Below, one piece after another: positions 35,934-38,472 of a stretch of 38,472 bases of DNA. Both the position numbers and the translations under genes were made by a program. The notes under the pieces were generated by a model. It did no database searches. It saw only the letters and a list, made by a program, of their open reading frames with translations, and was not told where the DNA came from. This DNA is from an uncultured Bacteroidota bacterium (GTDB lineage Bacteria > CLD3 > SB21), in the NCBI GenBank assembly GCA_964535295.1, contig CAZHUW010000006.1, positions 1-38,472 of the forward strand, given 5' to 3'. Numbering within the stretch: the first letter of the stretch is position 1; each line of letters begins with the position of its first letter.

Positions 35934-36362
35934 ATGGCAGAATTAAAAACGAAAAAGAATGCGAAGAACGTTGCTCAATTCTTACATACCATTGAGGACG
36001 AACAAAAACGGAAAGATTGTTTTGATCTGCTGAAACTCATGGCCGAAGCCACTGGATCAAAACCGGTCATGTGGGGTGATGCGATTGTCGGATTCGGGGA
36101 TTATCATTACCGATCTGAAAGCGGCCGGGAAGGGGATTGGTTTGTTGCGGGTTTTTCGCCCAGGAAACAGAATATATCGCTGTACCTTATCGGCGGGATC
36201 AAAAAGCATCCCGATCTGTTGAGACAATTGGGCAAACACAAGATCGGCGGATCGTGTTTGTATATTAACAAACTGAGTGACGTACATTTGAAAACTTTGA
36301 AAGATCTGATTAAAAAAACCTCTGCCTCTCTGTTAAAAAAACAAAAAGGAACCCTGAAATGA
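35934..36362 (+). CDS. DUF1801 domain protein
   Basis: KPVMWGDAIVGFGDYHYR, GFSPRKQNISLY, LGKHKIGGSCLYINKL. Confidence 0.9.
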   Translation: MAELKTKKNAKNVAQFLHTIEDEQKRKDCFDLLKLMAEATGSKPVMWGDAIVGFGDYHYRSESGREGDWFVAGFSPRKQNISLYLIGGIKKHPDLLRQLGKHKIGGSCLYINKLSDVHLKTLKDLIKKTSASLLKKQKGTLK

Positions 36363-37213
36363 GACCATTTTATGTTTTGTTGATCTTTGTATTAACCCTG
36401 TCGGCTTGCGGGCCCGCGGATCAAAAGATCAAAACGCCGCTAAATTACAGCCTGACAGGCCAAGGGACCCGAACCTTAGTATTCGTTCATGGCTGGTGCA
36501 TCAACGGGTCGTATTGGAATAGCCAGGCTGATGCTTTTAAGAACCAATACAAAGTACTGACCCTCGATCTGGCGGGCCATGGGAGGTCAAAGGTCGAAAG
36601 AAAAGACTGGAGCATCGCCAATTACGCTAATGACGTAGTTGACCTCATCCGCCAATTAAAACTGGACAGTGTGATATTGATAGGCCATTCCATGTCGGGG
36701 AATATCAATCTTCTTGTGTACGATAAGATCCCGGAAAAAGTGACCGGATTCATCGGTATCGATAACCTACATGAACTCGGCAAGGAACAAAACGATACGG
36801 CTAAAGCGGAATCGGAAGCTTTTATTAAAATGCTGGAAACAAATTATGTATCCACCGCCAATCTATTTGCCAATTTTCTATTCAGTCCGACCACCGACAG
36901 TACGGTTCGCGCCCGGGTCATGAATGATATCCTGACGGCGGATACCGTACGGTCTGCTGCTACGTTGCGCAGTTTATATGAAGAATCTTCAAAAGAGAGC
37001 GTTTATTCGAAAAAGCTAAAAGTTCCGCTGGTACTGGTCAACTCGGACCGGTATCCCGTGGACGATAAACTGCTTACAAAAAATACCGGCAGCGGATATA
37101 AGGTCTTCTTCGTGAAAGGTACCGGGCATTATCCGATGATCGAAGCGCCACAGGAGTTTAATGCAAGATTACAGGAAGCTTTAGATTTTATTAAAAACAG
37201 CACTAAACAATAG
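36359..37213 (+). CDS. Alpha/beta hydrolase lipoprotein
   Basis: Lipobox LSAC, VFVHGW, DLAGHGRS, GHSMSG nucleophile, GTGHYPM. Confidence 0.92.
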   Translation: MRPFYVLLIFVLTLSACGPADQKIKTPLNYSLTGQGTRTLVFVHGWCINGSYWNSQADAFKNQYKVLTLDLAGHGRSKVERKDWSIANYANDVVDLIRQLKLDSVILIGHSMSGNINLLVYDKIPEKVTGFIGIDNLHELGKEQNDTAKAESEAFIKMLETNYVSTANLFANFLFSPTTDSTVRARVMNDILTADTVRSAATLRSLYEESSKESVYSKKLKVPLVLVNSDRYPVDDKLLTKNTGSGYKVFFVKGTGHYPMIEAPQEFNARLQEALDFIKNSTKQ

Positions 37214-37216
37214 GCT

Positions 37217-37753
37217 TTACTGCGGCGGTAGAAATTCGTCCCTTCGAATCAGATATGACGGATGCATGAATCCTGTCGGTGTATAAAATTCGTCATGGGT
37301 ATAACGGAATCCTAATTTCATCAACAAATGCCGGGAGGTTTCGTTCTTCGGATTATGTCCTGCAAAAAGGGCATTTGCCGATAAGGCTTTGAATGCATAA
37401 TTCATGACCGTCAACCCCGCTTCGGTTGCATAACCATGTCCCCACTGACCGGAACAGAGATGTACGCCTAACTCGAATATCCGGTCTTCCGGTTTATAAG
37501 GTCTCAGTCCGCAGCAGCCGATAAAGAGCTCATCAACTAACAGAAAAACCGGCCAATATTGCACATCGTACTTCTTGAAAATTTGGATCTCTTTGGTTAA
37601 CCGATCTTGGACTTGTTCGTTTGTAAGCTTTCCGCGGGCATCGATAAATTGAGTGACCTTTTCATCACCCCACAGTTGTAAGGCCAGAGGCAGATCATCT
37701 TCTGTCCAAATTCGAAATCCTAAGTGTTCCGATTTCAGAAAACACGTATTCAC
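37217..37753 (-). CDS. GNAT N-acetyltransferase (RimJ/RimL family)
   Basis: FIGCCGLRP, ELGVHL...QWGHGYATEA, N..SRHLLMKLGF. Start refined to the GTG overlapping the upstream stop (GTGA at 37753-37750). Confidence 0.88.
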   Translation of the reverse strand: MNTCFLKSEHLGFRIWTEDDLPLALQLWGDEKVTQFIDARGKLTNEQVQDRLTKEIQIFKKYDVQYWPVFLLVDELFIGCCGLRPYKPEDRIFELGVHLCSGQWGHGYATEAGLTVMNYAFKALSANALFAGHNPKNETSRHLLMKLGFRYTHDEFYTPTGFMHPSYLIRRDEFLPPQ

Positions 37754-38337
37754 TCTTGTCGGTCGTTTGGCCGCCGAAGTTGTTTGATTTTCAATCCCCC
37801 GGCAGAATCCTTGATCAGAGTTGAAAGTCTCTTGAGACGGGTCTCTTCCTGTTTCGCACTCATCACCCACCACATGGCCGGTTTTTGATACGACGGGGGC
37901 GTGGAAAGGAAGAACGCCCAGGCTTTTTTATTTCTCTTAAAAATCGTCTCATGTGTCTTATCCAGTTTCACCGCTTTTCGCTCAAACGAATAGATCTCCG
38001 AACGCCCCTCTTCCCTTTTTTCAAATGCAGCTGACCCTGATGGCATCATGAGGCCGAGCTTTTTGAGTTCCTTCACCCGTTTGATATTGATCGCGCTCCA
38101 GTTGCTTTTAGGCCGTCGCGGCGTGAAGCGGATCATGTAGCTCTTTTCATCAACAGACTTTCTGATTCCATCGATCCAGCCAAAACATAAAGCCTCGTCG
38201 ACCGATTGCGGCCAGGTAATACTGGGGATACCCGAATCCTTTTTGTAAAAACCTACCCACAGTTCGTCCAGCGAGTCATGGTTCTTATTCAACCATTTTC
38301 GAAAATCAGATTGGGTAGGAAAAAAAACGGGTCGCAT
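37750..38337 (-). CDS. YdeI/OmpD-associated (bacteriocin-protection, OmdA-like) protein
   Basis: FRKWL..NH...ELWVGFYKK, ALCFGWIDG, RFTPRRPKSNWS..N, AWAFF...PPSY, WVMSAKQEETR.KRL. Confidence 0.9.
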   Translation of the reverse strand: MRPVFFPTQSDFRKWLNKNHDSLDELWVGFYKKDSGIPSITWPQSVDEALCFGWIDGIRKSVDEKSYMIRFTPRRPKSNWSAINIKRVKELKKLGLMMPSGSAAFEKREEGRSEIYSFERKAVKLDKTHETIFKRNKKAWAFFLSTPPSYQKPAMWWVMSAKQEETRLKRLSTLIKDSAGGLKIKQLRRPNDRQE

Positions 38338-38364
38338 GGGTTTTTGACTTTTTAACCTAACGGA

Positions 38365-38472
38365 TCAAATATATTTATTTCTAATGATATTCAAATGGTG
38401 TAACTCATGCCCCGCGATATGATAAACGGCGGCCCGCACGCTCATGATCCCTCCATTGGCAATTCCGGACCG
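38365..38472 (-). CDS. C-terminal fragment of a DinB-family protein (runs off the window end)
   Basis: Minus-strand frame from 38472 reads RSGIANGGIMSVRAAVYHIAGHELHHLNIIRNKYI-stop. The 'IAGHELHH' metal-binding end is DinB-like. Confidence 0.7.
   Translation of the reverse strand, partial: RSGIANGGIMSVRAAVYHIAGHELHHLNIIRNKYI

Noticed and set aside
37754-37873. ORF-track N-terminal extension of the GNAT gene
   Set aside because: It overlaps the upstream YdeI-like gene in another frame; a GTG overlapping that gene's stop gives a typical GNAT length.
27-38337. Numerous short or antisense ORFs in the six-frame track (e.g. 23758-24363, 25445-25930, 8561-9286, 19259-19804, 32329-32745)
   Set aside because: They overlap well-supported genes on the opposite strand or in another frame, show no recognisable motifs, and read as shadow ORFs.

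Overview
38.5-kb chromosomal window from a diderm bacterium, most likely in the FCB superphylum. This is inferred from a C-terminal 'NYPNPFNP' FlgD-Ig/T9SS-type sorting domain, TonB-dependent receptors and many lipoproteins. Shine-Dalgarno sites and sigma70-like promoters (TTG-N17-TAnnnT) point away from Bacteroidia and towards a lineage such as KSB1, Calditrichota or Zixibacteria. About 33 genes are supported. In order: a 5'-truncated giant surface protein (Ig/cadherin repeats, laminin-B-like domain) with a TPR lipoprotein; a minus-strand dusB-esterase-TPR-mazG-Cys-rich-protein cluster; two uncharacterised plus-strand genes; a KtrB/TrkH K+ channel; DUF2461; an outer-membrane module (TonB-dependent receptor, beta-helix lipoprotein, small lipoprotein, OprO/P-like porin); a membrane-anchored DUF151 protein and an HtrA protease; an orphan chemoreceptor sensor domain; a minus-strand operon (ferritin-like, PurE-like, GT2, accA, thioesterase, PAP2); anmK; a Vat/CatB-type acetyltransferase; a serB-serA fusion with serC; and small accessory genes. 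No rRNA, tRNA, CRISPR array, transposase or integrase was seen. The most notable signals are three. (1) The TBDR and porin promoters share 11-bp-periodic Pho-box-like arrays, each exactly 10 bp upstream of a -10 element, suggesting a co-regulated, probably phosphorus-scavenging, outer-membrane system with an Asp-rich beta-helix lipoprotein. (2) Two adjacent apparent pseudo-enzymes, a PurE lacking its active-site motifs and a ferritin-like protein lacking its metal ligands, head a lipid/envelope operon. (3) An unassigned multi-Cys/His protein follows mazG. All family calls come from motif recognition by eye; no searches were run.
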